64,000 bases of DNA from a bacterium (lineage in GTDB: Bacteria; Verrucomicrobiota; Kiritimatiellia; CAIKKV01; CAITUY01): assembly GCA_037143175.1 (NCBI GenBank), contig JBAWZF010000009.1, forward strand, positions 1,959 to 65,958, given 5' to 3'. Numbering within the stretch: the first letter of the stretch is position 1; each line of letters begins with the position of its first letter. Under the pieces are notes generated by a model, which saw only the letters and a list, made by a program, of their open reading frames with translations, was not told the DNA's origin and did not search any database. The position numbers and the translations under genes are program-made. This document shows, piece after piece, positions 18,416 to 28,117 of the stretch.

Positions 18416-19339
18416 ATGGGTATGACATTAATTACAGGGGGCTGCGGGTTCATTGGTTCGCATATTGCTGAAGCGTTGGTTGCGGATGGGGTGAAGATTC
18501 GGGTTTTTGATAATTTTTCCAGTGGGAAGCTTGAAAACCTCAAAGGTTTTGGAAGTGAGATTGAGGTCATCCGGGGTGATGTCTGCGATCCGGCAGAACT
18601 GAGTGCCGCGATGAAGGGCGTTTCGTACGTGTTTCATGAGGCGGCCCTGGTGTCGGTGGCCGTTTCCGTGGAACAGCCCATCGATAATGATTCTATTAAT
18701 ATTCGTGGCACCCTGAACGTGTTGCAGGCCGCCCGTGCAGCAGGGGTAAAACGTGTAGTATTTGCCACTTCGGCGGCCGTCTATGGCAATAATCCCGTTC
18801 TGCCCAAGCGCGAGGATATGCTGCCGGAGCCAGAATCTCCTTATGCTTTGGGCAAACTGACGGGTGAGTATTATCTGAAACTATTTAGCAGCCTTTATGG
18901 AGTGGAAACGGTTGCCCTGCGATATTTCAACGTTTTCGGGCCCCGGCAGGATGGTAAATCCATGTATTCAGGGGTGATCTCGCGTTTCACGGATGACCTC
19001 CGGGCTGGACGAACGCCCACTATTTTCGGGGATGGCGAGCAGACCCGTGACTTTGTGTATGTGAAGGATGTCGTTCAGGCGAATCTTCTGGCCATGCGCT
19101 CCAAGAATGTTGGACGGGGCGAGGTTTTCAATGTGGCAACCGGAAAAACGGTTTCATTGCTTCAGTTGCTGGATACCCTTAAAAAAATCAGTGGTTCGCA
19201 GGTGGTCCCCCAATTCATGGATGCACGCCCCGGTGATATCAAACACTCTTTGGCCGATATTTCCAAGATACGTGCCACTCTGGGGTATGCGCCCAAGTTT
19301 GGTTTGGAAGAGGGTCTGAGGGCTACCTCAAACGTATGA
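18416..19339 (+). CDS. NAD-dependent nucleotide-sugar epimerase/dehydratase (GalE/WbpP-like)
   Basis: Rossmann motif GGCGFIGSH; catalytic YxxxK (SPYALGK); ATSAAVYG. Confidence 0.85.
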   Translation: MGMTLITGGCGFIGSHIAEALVADGVKIRVFDNFSSGKLENLKGFGSEIEVIRGDVCDPAELSAAMKGVSYVFHEAALVSVAVSVEQPIDNDSINIRGTLNVLQAARAAGVKRVVFATSAAVYGNNPVLPKREDMLPEPESPYALGKLTGEYYLKLFSSLYGVETVALRYFNVFGPRQDGKSMYSGVISRFTDDLRAGRTPTIFGDGEQTRDFVYVKDVVQANLLAMRSKNVGRGEVFNVATGKTVSLLQLLDTLKKISGSQVVPQFMDARPGDIKHSLADISKIRATLGYAPKFGLEEGLRATSNV

Positions 19340-19390
19340 GGTGTTGATATAACTTGCGTGACTTGCGTCTGAATATATAGGATTTTGCGC

Positions 19391-20674
19391 ATGAAAACCT
19401 TGGGTTTGGGCTTTTTAGATCGAGAAGTAATGGAAGATGACGTCCGGCGAATTTGTCAGGAGGCCCTTGCATCTTGGAAAGTTCGCGGACGTAAAGTCTT
19501 GGTCGTCATCCCTGATGCTACGCGCTCCTGCCCGCTGGGAATGATGTTCCGGCTGGTTCAGGAAGCGGCCTCGGATGCGGCACAAGTGGACTTCATGGTG
19601 GCTCTGGGTACGCATCCCGCCATGACGATGGACCAGATTTATGCCCGCGTTGAGATTACAGCCGAAGATCACCGCTTGAAATATGCCCGCACGCGTTTTT
19701 TTAATCATGAGTGGAACAATCCCGATGCGTTGTTTGAAGTGGGGCGCCTTTCCCGTGCCGAAGTGCGTGAATTAACGGGGGGGCTTTTTGAGATGGACGT
19801 GGGTGTGTCCGTCAACCGAATGGTTCAGAGTTATGATCTGCTAGTTATTTTGGGGCCTGTTTTTCCCCATGAAGTCGTCGGCTTCTCAGGTGGGAATAAA
19901 TATTTATTTCCCGGCATCGCTGGCGAAGAAATCCTGAACTTCTTCCACTGGCTCGGAGCGGTGATCACTAATCCGATGATCATCGGGAGCAAATGGACGC
20001 CAGTGCGCAAAGTGGTGGATCGCGCGGCATCCCTGCTTAAGGTTGAGCGCAAGGCGTTATGCATGGTCGTAAAGGGTCGCGCCCTGGCGGGTCTTTATGC
20101 CGGCACGCCTGAAGGCGCCTGGGAAAAAGCCGCTGATCTTTCTCGGCAGATTCATATTGAGTTCAAGGAGAAACCTTTTCATACGGTGCTTTCTTGCGCT
20201 CCCAGGATGTATGACGATCTGTGGGTGGGGGCAAAATGCATGTATAAGCTTGAGCCCGTTGTGGCGGATGGCGGTACGTTGATTATTTATGCCCCGCATA
20301 TCACTGAGATTTCTGTCTCTCACGGAAAGTTGATCGAAGAGTTGGGCTATCATACCCGTGATTATTTTCTGAAGCAGTGGGATCGGTTTAAATCCTACCC
20401 TTGGGGCGTTCTGGCGCATTCAACCCATGTCAGGGGTATCGGGTCTTATGAGAATGGCGTCGAGAAGGGGCGCGTCAATGTGGTGCTGGCCACAGGAATA
20501 CCGGAAGCGATTTGCCGGAAAATCAATATGGGATGGATGGATTATCGAAAAATCAATCCGGCTGAGTACGCGGGTCGTGAGGAGGAAGGGATCCTGTATG
20601 TGCCCAAGGCTGGCGAAGTTTTGTATCGACTGAAAAATGCCCCCAGGGAATTGGGTGGGGCGGTTAATAGTTAA
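19391..20674 (+). CDS. LarA-family nickel-pincer-dependent 2-hydroxyacid racemase/epimerase homolog (DUF2088)
   Basis: Motifs VIPDATRSCP, ALGTHPAM and FPHEVVGFSGGNKYLFPG correspond to the DxTR, catalytic His, and His/Lys NPN-tethering regions of LarA. Confidence 0.8.
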   Translation: MKTLGLGFLDREVMEDDVRRICQEALASWKVRGRKVLVVIPDATRSCPLGMMFRLVQEAASDAAQVDFMVALGTHPAMTMDQIYARVEITAEDHRLKYARTRFFNHEWNNPDALFEVGRLSRAEVRELTGGLFEMDVGVSVNRMVQSYDLLVILGPVFPHEVVGFSGGNKYLFPGIAGEEILNFFHWLGAVITNPMIIGSKWTPVRKVVDRAASLLKVERKALCMVVKGRALAGLYAGTPEGAWEKAADLSRQIHIEFKEKPFHTVLSCAPRMYDDLWVGAKCMYKLEPVVADGGTLIIYAPHITEISVSHGKLIEELGYHTRDYFLKQWDRFKSYPWGVLAHSTHVRGIGSYENGVEKGRVNVVLATGIPEAICRKINMGWMDYRKINPAEYAGREEEGILYVPKAGEVLYRLKNAPRELGGAVNS

Positions 20675-20695
20675 AGTTAACAAGGAGACAATTCG

Positions 20696-21550
20696 ATGGT
20701 TCCGTTTAAGGTTGATCTGAGTAAAGAGGTGGTGGTGGTGACGGGGGGCAGCGGCATTCTCTGTAGCTGCATGGCTAAGGCTTTGGCCGAATGCGGAGCC
20801 AAGGTGGTGGTGGCGAGTCGGCGTCAGGAGGCGGTTGACAAAGTCGCTTTTGAGATTCGCGCTACTGGCGGAATCGCCATGGGTATTGCTCTGGATGTCC
20901 TGGACAAGGCCAGTGTTGAGCGTGCCAATATCCTGGTTGAAAAAGAATTCGGGGTCGTTACGCTTTTGATTAACGGGGCAGGTGGAAATAATCCCAAAGG
21001 CAATACCAGTCGGGAATACCTGCTGCCCGAGGATCTCAAGGGCGAGACCATCGGCGTCACGACATTTTTTGACCTTGATCCCAAGGGCATTGAGTTGGTT
21101 TTTAATCTGAATTTTCAAGGAACCTTGATTCCCACGCAGGTTTTTACCCGCGGTATGGCTAAGGCTGGACGCGGCACGGTGATTAATATCACCTCCATGA
21201 GCGCCATGTTGCCCCTGACGAAGGTCATGGCCTATGGGGGTGCTAAAGCGGCGGTGAGTAATTTTACCCAGTGGTTGGCGGTTCACATGTCCAAGGTGGG
21301 CATTCGGGTGAACGCCATTGCGCCCGGCTTTTTCCTGACGGAGCAAAACCGTACGCTGCTTACGCAGCCGGATGGGTCGCTGACGGCGCGGGGCAACACG
21401 ATCGTGGCCCATACGCCCATGAGTAAATTCGGGCGACCCGAAGACCTTACCGGGGTTCTGTTGTGGTTGGCCAGCCAGGAGGCGTCGGGTTTTGTGACGG
21501 GAATCGTGATTCCTGTGGATGGGGGTTTCAGTGCTTTCAGTGGTGTTTAA
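20696..21550 (+). CDS. Short-chain dehydrogenase/reductase, sugar-acid (mannonate/fructuronate-type) oxidoreductase-like
   Basis: TGGSGILCSCMAKALAECGAKV cofactor motif; NGAGGN; catalytic YGGAK; GGFSAF C-terminus. Confidence 0.8.
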   Translation: MVPFKVDLSKEVVVVTGGSGILCSCMAKALAECGAKVVVASRRQEAVDKVAFEIRATGGIAMGIALDVLDKASVERANILVEKEFGVVTLLINGAGGNNPKGNTSREYLLPEDLKGETIGVTTFFDLDPKGIELVFNLNFQGTLIPTQVFTRGMAKAGRGTVINITSMSAMLPLTKVMAYGGAKAAVSNFTQWLAVHMSKVGIRVNAIAPGFFLTEQNRTLLTQPDGSLTARGNTIVAHTPMSKFGRPEDLTGVLLWLASQEASGFVTGIVIPVDGGFSAFSGV

Positions 21551-21573
21551 GGAATTGAATTAAGGAGAAATTT

Positions 21574-23028
21574 ATGACGCAAAAAGCGGACATCGGATTG
21601 ATCGGTTTGGCGGTAATGGGCGAAAATCTTGTGCTCAACATGGAGAGCAAGGGTTTCACAGTGGCGTGTTATAACCGGACCACCAGCAAGGTGGATGAAT
21701 TCCTCGCGGGTCGCGGAAAAGGAAAGAATCTTCTGGGCGCCCACAGTATTCAGGAGTTGGTTGGCCAACTTAAGGCCCCCCGGAAAGTCATGTTGATGGT
21801 CAAGGCCGGTAAACCGGTGGATGATTTCATCGAACAGTTGATTCCTCATTTGCAGGCGGGCGATATCATTATTGATGGTGGGAACAGTCATTTCCCGGAC
21901 ACGACGCGCCGCACTAAATATGTCGAAAGCAAGGGATTGCTCTATATCGGAACCGGAGTGAGCGGCGGCGAAGAAGGAGCCTTGCTTGGCCCGTCGATAA
22001 TGCCCGGTGGTTCCCCTGCGGCCTGGCCCCATGTGAAACCCATTTTTCAGAAGATCTGTGCCATGACGGACAAGGGCGAGCCCTGTTGCGACTGGGTAGG
22101 GCAGGATGGTGCCGGCCATTTTGTGAAGATGGTTCACAATGGTATTGAGTACGGTGACATGCAGATGATTTGTGAGACGTACCACATGATGAAGGACGGG
22201 TTGGGAATGACCAATGCCGAAATGCATCAGGTATTTGCCGAATGGAATCAGGGCGAGTTGGATAGCTATCTGATCGAGATCACTCGGGACATCCTGGGCT
22301 TCAAGAACGAACAGGGGCAGGAAGTGGTGGATCTGATTCTTGATGCCGCAGGCCAGAAGGGAACGGGCAAGTGGACCGTTATTGCCGCTCTGGACACCGG
22401 GATGCCGTTGACCTTGATTTCAGAGGCCGTCTTTGCCCGCTGCATTTCAGCCATTAAGTCGGAGCGTGTGGCGGCCTCCAAGGTGTTGGTAGGTTCCACG
22501 GCGAAGTTTAAGGGGAACCGGCAGTCCATGATCAGGGACCTCCGTAAAGCACTTTATGCCTCGAAGATTGTCTCCTATGCACAAGGGTATCAATTGATGC
22601 GTGCGACGGCGAAAGAGTTCGGGTGGGACTTGAATTACGGTGGCATCGCCCTGATGTGGCGTGGGGGCTGTATTATCCGGTCTGCTTTCCTGGGCAAGAT
22701 CAAGCAGGCATTCACCAGGAACCCGGGGCTTGATAATCTTATGATGGATTCGTTCTTCCAGAAGGCGACAGCGCGGGCCCAGACCTCATGGCGGAAAGTG
22801 CTTTCCATGGCGATCAAGCTTGGCATTCCAATGCCGTCGATGAGTGCGTCCTTGAATTATTATGACGGCTACCGCTGCGAGCGTTTGCCAGCAAACCTGT
22901 TGCAGGCTCAACGCGATTACTTTGGCGCGCATACCTATGAACGCGTGGATAAGCCGCGTGGTGAAGCCTTCCATACGAATTGGACGGGATCCGGCGGTTC
23001 GACCGTGTCTTCGACCTACGTGGTTTAA
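21574..23028 (+). CDS. gnd: 6-phosphogluconate dehydrogenase (decarboxylating)
   Basis: GLIGLAVMGENLVLN, IIDGGNSHF and GHFVKMVHNGIEYGDMQ; 484 aa; RBS AAGGAG. Confidence 0.95.
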   Translation: MTQKADIGLIGLAVMGENLVLNMESKGFTVACYNRTTSKVDEFLAGRGKGKNLLGAHSIQELVGQLKAPRKVMLMVKAGKPVDDFIEQLIPHLQAGDIIIDGGNSHFPDTTRRTKYVESKGLLYIGTGVSGGEEGALLGPSIMPGGSPAAWPHVKPIFQKICAMTDKGEPCCDWVGQDGAGHFVKMVHNGIEYGDMQMICETYHMMKDGLGMTNAEMHQVFAEWNQGELDSYLIEITRDILGFKNEQGQEVVDLILDAAGQKGTGKWTVIAALDTGMPLTLISEAVFARCISAIKSERVAASKVLVGSTAKFKGNRQSMIRDLRKALYASKIVSYAQGYQLMRATAKEFGWDLNYGGIALMWRGGCIIRSAFLGKIKQAFTRNPGLDNLMMDSFFQKATARAQTSWRKVLSMAIKLGIPMPSMSASLNYYDGYRCERLPANLLQAQRDYFGAHTYERVDKPRGEAFHTNWTGSGGSTVSSTYVV

Positions 23029-23029
23029 C

Positions 23030-24070
23030 TTGGAACGGACTACTTACTTTATCAGGCGTTTGTTGCTGGTGATCCCCACGTTTTTGGGGATCACCCTCAT
23101 GTGTTATGGGCTCGTTCAACTGGTGCCCGGTGGACCGGTGGAACAGATCATCATGCAGATGAAAGGCATCAACGCCGGTGAAGGAAAGATGTCGGCCGGG
23201 GCCTCGGGCACGATCACCATGGAACAGCGCAAGGCGCTGGAGAAGCACTTTGGTTTTGATAAGCCATTTCTGACCCAATATTGGAAGTGGCTTGTTCACG
23301 ATCGCCTGGGGATGCGGCAGGACTCCTTCAAGTATCCCAATAAGACCGCCTGGCAACTGATCCGGGAACGGGTTCCTGTGTCACTTGTCTTTGGTCTGAC
23401 GGGTGTGGTTTTGAGCTATCTGATCTGTATTCCCTTAGGGATTACCAAGGCGCTTAAGAATGGGAGCCCCTTCGATATGGCATCCAGTGTGATTGTGCTG
23501 ACGGGATATGCGATTCCCACGGTGGCGTTTGGAATGGTGCTAAAGATGCTGTTGTGTGGAACCGCTGATAATCTCTGGGATCTATTCCCACTGTCAGGCG
23601 TCCATTCCGAATCATATGAATCACTCTCCTGGCTGGGGCAGGTGTGGGATGCCCTCTGGCACATGGTTTTGCCTGTCTTATGCTATGTCATAGGAGGCTT
23701 TGCGGTTCTGACCTTGCTGATGAAAAATTCGCTATTGGATCAGATCGGTAAGGACTATCTGCGAACGGTACTGGCGAAGGGCGGCTCTGCCCGGCGGGCG
23801 GTATGGGGTCATGCCTTACGTAACGCCTTGATCCCGATTGCAACGGGGATTGGAGGGATCCTTGGAGTCATGTTTGCCGGCTCTGTCATTATTGAACAGA
23901 TTTTCGAGATTCCCGGGATGGGGCGACTCAGTTTGGAGGCGATCGTGGGGCGTGATTACCCCGTGTTCATGGGGATTCTTGCCCTGACCTCCATTTTAGG
24001 ACTTCTTGGTAACATTATTTCTGATTTTTGTTATACTTTAATTGATCCACGGATTAATTTTTCAAAATAG
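23030..24070 (+). CDS. ABC transporter permease, oligopeptide/microcin (YejB/DppB-like) family
   Basis: N-terminus YFIRRLLLVIPTFLGITLMCYGLVQLVPGGP. EAA-type loop DYLRTVLAKGGSARRAVWGHALRNALIP. In-frame TTG at 23030, 2 nt after the gnd stop; the ORF-track ATG at 22862 lies inside gnd. Confidence 0.8.
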   Translation: MERTTYFIRRLLLVIPTFLGITLMCYGLVQLVPGGPVEQIIMQMKGINAGEGKMSAGASGTITMEQRKALEKHFGFDKPFLTQYWKWLVHDRLGMRQDSFKYPNKTAWQLIRERVPVSLVFGLTGVVLSYLICIPLGITKALKNGSPFDMASSVIVLTGYAIPTVAFGMVLKMLLCGTADNLWDLFPLSGVHSESYESLSWLGQVWDALWHMVLPVLCYVIGGFAVLTLLMKNSLLDQIGKDYLRTVLAKGGSARRAVWGHALRNALIPIATGIGGILGVMFAGSVIIEQIFEIPGMGRLSLEAIVGRDYPVFMGILALTSILGLLGNIISDFCYTLIDPRINFSK

Positions 24071-24078
24071 GTGATGCG

Positions 24079-24915
24079 ATGACCATTATTGAGCCGCATA
24101 TTCATATGTATTCAAGGACGACAGATGACTATGTCGCTATGTTTCGTGCTGGCATCAGAGCCTGTGTAGAGCCCTCGTTCTGGATGGGGCGCAATCGCCG
24201 ATACGCGGGGACGTTCTTCGATTACTTTGACCTGATACTTGAGTTTGAAACGATTCGAGCCCGACGTTTCGGTATCGATCATTACGCCGCCATCTCACTC
24301 AACCCCAAGGAGGCGGAGGATAGCGTTTTGGCCAAGGAGGTCATTGACGGCATGATCCCGTATCTCAAACATCCCCGCTGTGTGGCCTTGGGGGAAATCG
24401 GCTTCAATGCCATTACGCCAAATGAGGAAATTGCTTTCGTTCGGCAGCTCCATATTGCGAATGAACATAAAATGCCCGTCATTGTCCATTTGCCGCATCT
24501 GGATAAACTGCGGGGAACCACTCGGACGATTGAAATCATCAAGGCAGAAGGGATAAATCCCGACTGGGTGGTGATTGATCACAACACCGAAGACACCATC
24601 CGGTTGTCGCGTGACAGCGGATGTTATTGCGGGATGACGGTCTATCCCATCTCCAAACTCAACCCCGAACGGGTGTCGGCCATCATACGTGAGTATGGTA
24701 GCGAGCGGATGATTGTGAACGGCTCAGCCGATTGGGGCGTGTCTGATCCCTTGAGTCTGGTCAAGGTTGTGGAACGACTCGGGTCGGACGGATTCCCGGA
24801 ATCGGACGTGCGACGTCTGACCTGTGACAATGCGATGGCCTTTTACAGCCAATCCCCGAACTGGCGGCCAGATTTTGCGATTCAACCGCTAGATCCTCGT
24901 GAGTTTCAGAGGTAA
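24079..24915 (+). CDS. TatD-related metal-dependent hydrolase (amidohydrolase superfamily)
   Basis: 278-aa ORF. N-terminal EPHIHMY metal-ligand motif; GEIGFN; VIVHLPH; IDHN. Confidence 0.7.
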   Translation: MTIIEPHIHMYSRTTDDYVAMFRAGIRACVEPSFWMGRNRRYAGTFFDYFDLILEFETIRARRFGIDHYAAISLNPKEAEDSVLAKEVIDGMIPYLKHPRCVALGEIGFNAITPNEEIAFVRQLHIANEHKMPVIVHLPHLDKLRGTTRTIEIIKAEGINPDWVVIDHNTEDTIRLSRDSGCYCGMTVYPISKLNPERVSAIIREYGSERMIVNGSADWGVSDPLSLVKVVERLGSDGFPESDVRRLTCDNAMAFYSQSPNWRPDFAIQPLDPREFQR

Positions 24916-24977
24916 GAAAAAGCTGATGGGTAGGTGATGTTAGCGTCAGAAACATAAAATATCAGGAGGTAAATAAC

Positions 24978-26624
24978 ATGAGCAATCTTCATCCTCTCGC
25001 CGGGAAACCGGCACCTCGCAACATACTTACCAATATTCCGCGGTTGGTTTCCGCGTATTACACAACTCGGCCGGATGCCCGTACTCCCGGGCAGGAGGTC
25101 AGTTTTGGAACGTCCGGGCACCGCGGCAATTCGCTTAAGGCGAGTTTTAACGAAGATCATATTCTGGCCATTGTTCAAGCTGTCTGTGATTACCGTAAGG
25201 CGAATGGTATTACCGGTCCGTTGTTCCTCGGAATGGATACGCATGCCCTCTCTGAGCCCGCCCATATCACCGCTATTGAAGTCCTGGCGGCAAATGGAGT
25301 CACCACCAAGATCCAGCAGGGGTTGAAATACACGCCTACGCCAGTCATCTCCCATGCCATTCTCATGCATAATCGTGCCGGAATTGGCGGTTTGGCTGAT
25401 GGCTTGGTCATTACCCCTTCACACAATCCGCCTGACAATGGCGGTATCAAGTACAATCCGCCTGACGGCGGTCCTGCGGATACCTCCATTACTGGTGTGA
25501 TTGCCAGGAGTGCCAATGTCTATCTGAATAGCGAGTTAACCGGGGTGAAGAGGATGCCCTATGAGAACGCACTGAAAGCGTCAACTACGATCATGCACGA
25601 TTATGTGATGCCATACGTGCGTGATCTGGCAAATGTGGTTAACTTGGAAGCGATTGCAGGAGCAAAACTCAAGCTTGGCGCCGACGGCCTTGGCGGTTCA
25701 GGGGCAGCTTATTGGAGAGTTATTGCCGATACGTATAAATTGAACATTGAGACCTTCAATACTATTCCCGATTTCACCTTCGGTTTTATGTCTGTGGACT
25801 GGGATGGGAAAATCCGGATGGATTGCTCATCGCCCTATGCCATGGCCGGACTGATTGCCATGAAAGACCGCTTCGATATTGCGTTTGCCAATGATCCTGA
25901 TTTTGATCGGCATGGTATCGTCACGCCCTCTGCGGGCTTGCTGAATCCCAATCACTATCTGGCGGTCGCCATTGATTACCTCTATCGGAATCGTCCGGGT
26001 TGGAGAACTGATGCCGTTGTGGGAAAGACCCTGGTGAGCAGTTCGATGATTGACCGTGTTGCCGCAGGGTTGGGGCGAAAGCTTTGCGAGGTGCCGGTCG
26101 GGTTCAAGTGGTTTGTGAAGGGCCTGGTAGACGGATCATTCGGGTTCGGTGGCGAAGAAAGCGCCGGTGCATCATTCCTCCGCCGTGACGGCTCGGTCTG
26201 GACCACTGACAAGGATGGAATCATTCTCGCGTTGCTGGCGGCCGAAATTACAGCGGTCACTGGCCGTGATCCCGGGCTCCATTATGTGGATTTGACAAAG
26301 AAATATGGTGCCCCAGCCTATGAACGTATTGATGCCCCGGCCAATGCAACCGAGAAGGCGGCCTTGCTGAATCTCACGCCAGCGGCGGTCAAGGTAAAGA
26401 CGCTTGCGGGTGAACCGATCAACGGTATCTTTACCACCGCACCCGGCAATGGGGCACCCATTGGAGGGCTCAAAGTCACCACGGCGAGCGGTTGGTTTGC
26501 CTCCCGCCCGTCGGGAACCGAAGATGTGTGCAAGCTCTATGCTGAAAGCTTCAAGGGCGTTGATCATCTCCATCAGATCCAGCAGGAAGCCCGTAAGATC
26601 TGCCAGGATTCATGCCAGGTATGA
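24978..26624 (+). CDS. pgm: Phosphoglucomutase (alpha-D-glucose phosphate-specific)
   Basis: Phosphoserine loop [15 protein letters not shown], metal loop [10 protein letters not shown], sugar loop GGEESAG; RBS AGGAGG. Confidence 0.95.
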   Translation: MSNLHPLAGKPAPRNILTNIPRLVSAYYTTRPDARTPGQEVSFGTSGHRGNSLKASFNEDHILAIVQAVCDYRKANGITGPLFLGMDTHALSEPAHITAIEVLAANGVTTKIQQGLKYTPTPVISHAILMHNRAGIGGLADGLVITPSHNPPDNGGIKYNPPDGGPADTSITGVIARSANVYLNSELTGVKRMPYENALKASTTIMHDYVMPYVRDLANVVNLEAIAGAKLKLGADGLGGSGAAYWRVIADTYKLNIETFNTIPDFTFGFMSVDWDGKIRMDCSSPYAMAGLIAMKDRFDIAFANDPDFDRHGIVTPSAGLLNPNHYLAVAIDYLYRNRPGWRTDAVVGKTLVSSSMIDRVAAGLGRKLCEVPVGFKWFVKGLVDGSFGFGGEESAGASFLRRDGSVWTTDKDGIILALLAAEITAVTGRDPGLHYVDLTKKYGAPAYERIDAPANATEKAALLNLTPAAVKVKTLAGEPINGIFTTAPGNGAPIGGLKVTTASGWFASRPSGTEDVCKLYAESFKGVDHLHQIQQEARKICQDSCQV

Positions 26625-26845
26625 CTTGGAACAGCCCCCGCAGTTTACGCTCGCAAGCTCGCGAAACTAAGGCACAGTCAGGCATCCATAGCATGGTGCT
26701 CGGTTACCATCGTACTAAATGATCATTTTACCTACCGTGTCACGTGGTCGGAAGAAGATATGGAACGTCTCAAGCAAAGAATCACGTAATAATCCTGAGT
26801 TTGAAGTAGATGGCACGAGGAGCATATTGTCTGATGGTTTGTGCA

Positions 26846-28117
26846 TTACCGGCTGACATCATGACACGTTGATGTGGATGTGGCGGAGTGATCCAGCAGG
26901 AACGCCAGCGCAAACATAATCGTCAACGGTATCCCGAGTCCACGAACGAGCAGCGGGTGCCAGATTCCGCATAAGGCGAACGACAGGATGGAGCCCAGAA
27001 GACCTAGGGCCAGTCCCCGGTCGCGAGGATAGGCGGGGGTGAAGAACTGACGGCTCGCCATGATCCCGAATGTAAGTAACATGCCAAGGAATGCGGCCAA
27101 CCCGGGCAGGCCGGTGGATGAGGCGAACACCAGGTAAAGATTCTCCGAGTCGTGTTCCACAACGCCGGTGGGACGGGGTAGAATGCCAAAATACCCGCCA
27201 ATGTTGTCCTGGTAATTACCAATACCAACTCCGAGCCAGGGATGTTCGGATAGCATTACCATCGCAGCTTGCCATTCACTGTAGCGCAGCGAGACCTCAT
27301 TGTTATCGTTGAATAGGCGGATGGATTGATCCAACACCACATCATTATGGCGTGGAAGGCGTGGAAAAATCAGTATCATGATTACGATGAAGAGGGTTGA
27401 GAAGGTGATGAATGCCGGTTTGCCTCGCATGGCGCACAATACGGCTAGGGTCAGGGTGATCGCTATCAACGCCCCGCCGGATAGGGTGATCAGCAGGGCG
27501 AGAGTGACCATTGTCAGCATCCAGCCCCGTCGCCAGATAGAAGTCTCATAGAGGGCGATGCCGCACATGAACGGAACCACGAGCGCCAGGTATCCGCCGA
27601 ACACATTACGGTTCCCGAAGGAGGCACAGACCTTGAAGTCTGTGATGCCGGGAAGCAGATACTGGACGACTCCCAGAAGGATTACCGCCGAGGCGACTAT
27701 CAGAAAGATATCCGTCACCCGGCGCAGACGCTGGCGATCCGGAATGTTCACAAAGAGCATAAAAGCGGCGACGAAATACTCGATCAGTTGGAGGATGTCC
27801 TTGACGCCTTTCATCGGGTGGATGGCGCGACTGACCGATAACGCGGCGATCAGAATGAACAGGACAACCATTAAGGGTGGACAACGCGATGCAGGAGAGT
27901 TCGCGCTGTTCATGGTTGCGTCAGTCTCCGGTAACCGTCTTTGAATCGCGTTTCCTAATATCCACAAACCGAACACAAGCCACACCAGGGGATCCACTAC
28001 GGAAACGTAAGTGTTCTTTGCAAGTTGGACGCCGTATTGGGTTGGCGACACTACAACGATAGTCAGCATTCCGATCCAGACCAGACGCGGAATAATTTTG
28101 GCTAACAGACTTGTCAC
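26846..28117 (-). CDS. O-antigen ligase/polymerase-like (Wzy_C-type) polytopic membrane protein
   Basis: 423-aa ORF, mostly hydrophobic (10 or more TM helices). Loop RYSEWQAAMVMLSEHPWLGVGIGNYQ resembles the Wzy_C signature. ATGA overlap with the upstream gene. Confidence 0.7.
   Translation of the reverse strand: MTSLLAKIIPRLVWIGMLTIVVVSPTQYGVQLAKNTYVSVVDPLVWLVFGLWILGNAIQRRLPETDATMNSANSPASRCPPLMVVLFILIAALSVSRAIHPMKGVKDILQLIEYFVAAFMLFVNIPDRQRLRRVTDIFLIVASAVILLGVVQYLLPGITDFKVCASFGNRNVFGGYLALVVPFMCGIALYETSIWRRGWMLTMVTLALLITLSGGALIAITLTLAVLCAMRGKPAFITFSTLFIVIMILIFPRLPRHNDVVLDQSIRLFNDNNEVSLRYSEWQAAMVMLSEHPWLGVGIGNYQDNIGGYFGILPRPTGVVEHDSENLYLVFASSTGLPGLAAFLGMLLTFGIMASRQFFTPAYPRDRGLALGLLGSILSFALCGIWHPLLVRGLGIPLTIMFALAFLLDHSATSTSTCHDVSR

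Noticed and set aside
20420-21412. 330-aa minus-strand ORF
   Set aside because: It is antisense to the LarA-like and SDR genes. Its composition is rich in Arg, His, Gly and Gln, which is typical of antisense frames, and it has no motifs.
21547-22227. 226-aa minus-strand ORF
   Set aside because: It is antisense to gnd, which is unambiguous, so it is a shadow ORF.
22862-23029. ATG-initiated N-terminal extension of the ABC permease ORF
   Set aside because: It lies inside the 3' end of gnd in another frame. The conserved permease N-terminus begins right after an in-frame TTG at 23030.
26721-26789. Short frame reading NDHFTYRVTWSEEDMERLKQRIT*, reminiscent of the N-terminus of HicB-type antitoxins (TY.V.WSEED)
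   Set aside because: Only about 8 residues resemble the family. There is no start codon, the frame stops where the domain should continue, and there is no partner toxin. It is too weak to call even as a pseudogene.
26719-26856. 45-codon ORF (MIILPTVSRGRKK...) in the pgm / O-antigen-ligase intergenic region
   Set aside because: It has no RBS and no recognisable features, and its end overlaps the convergent ligase gene, so it is likely a chance ORF.
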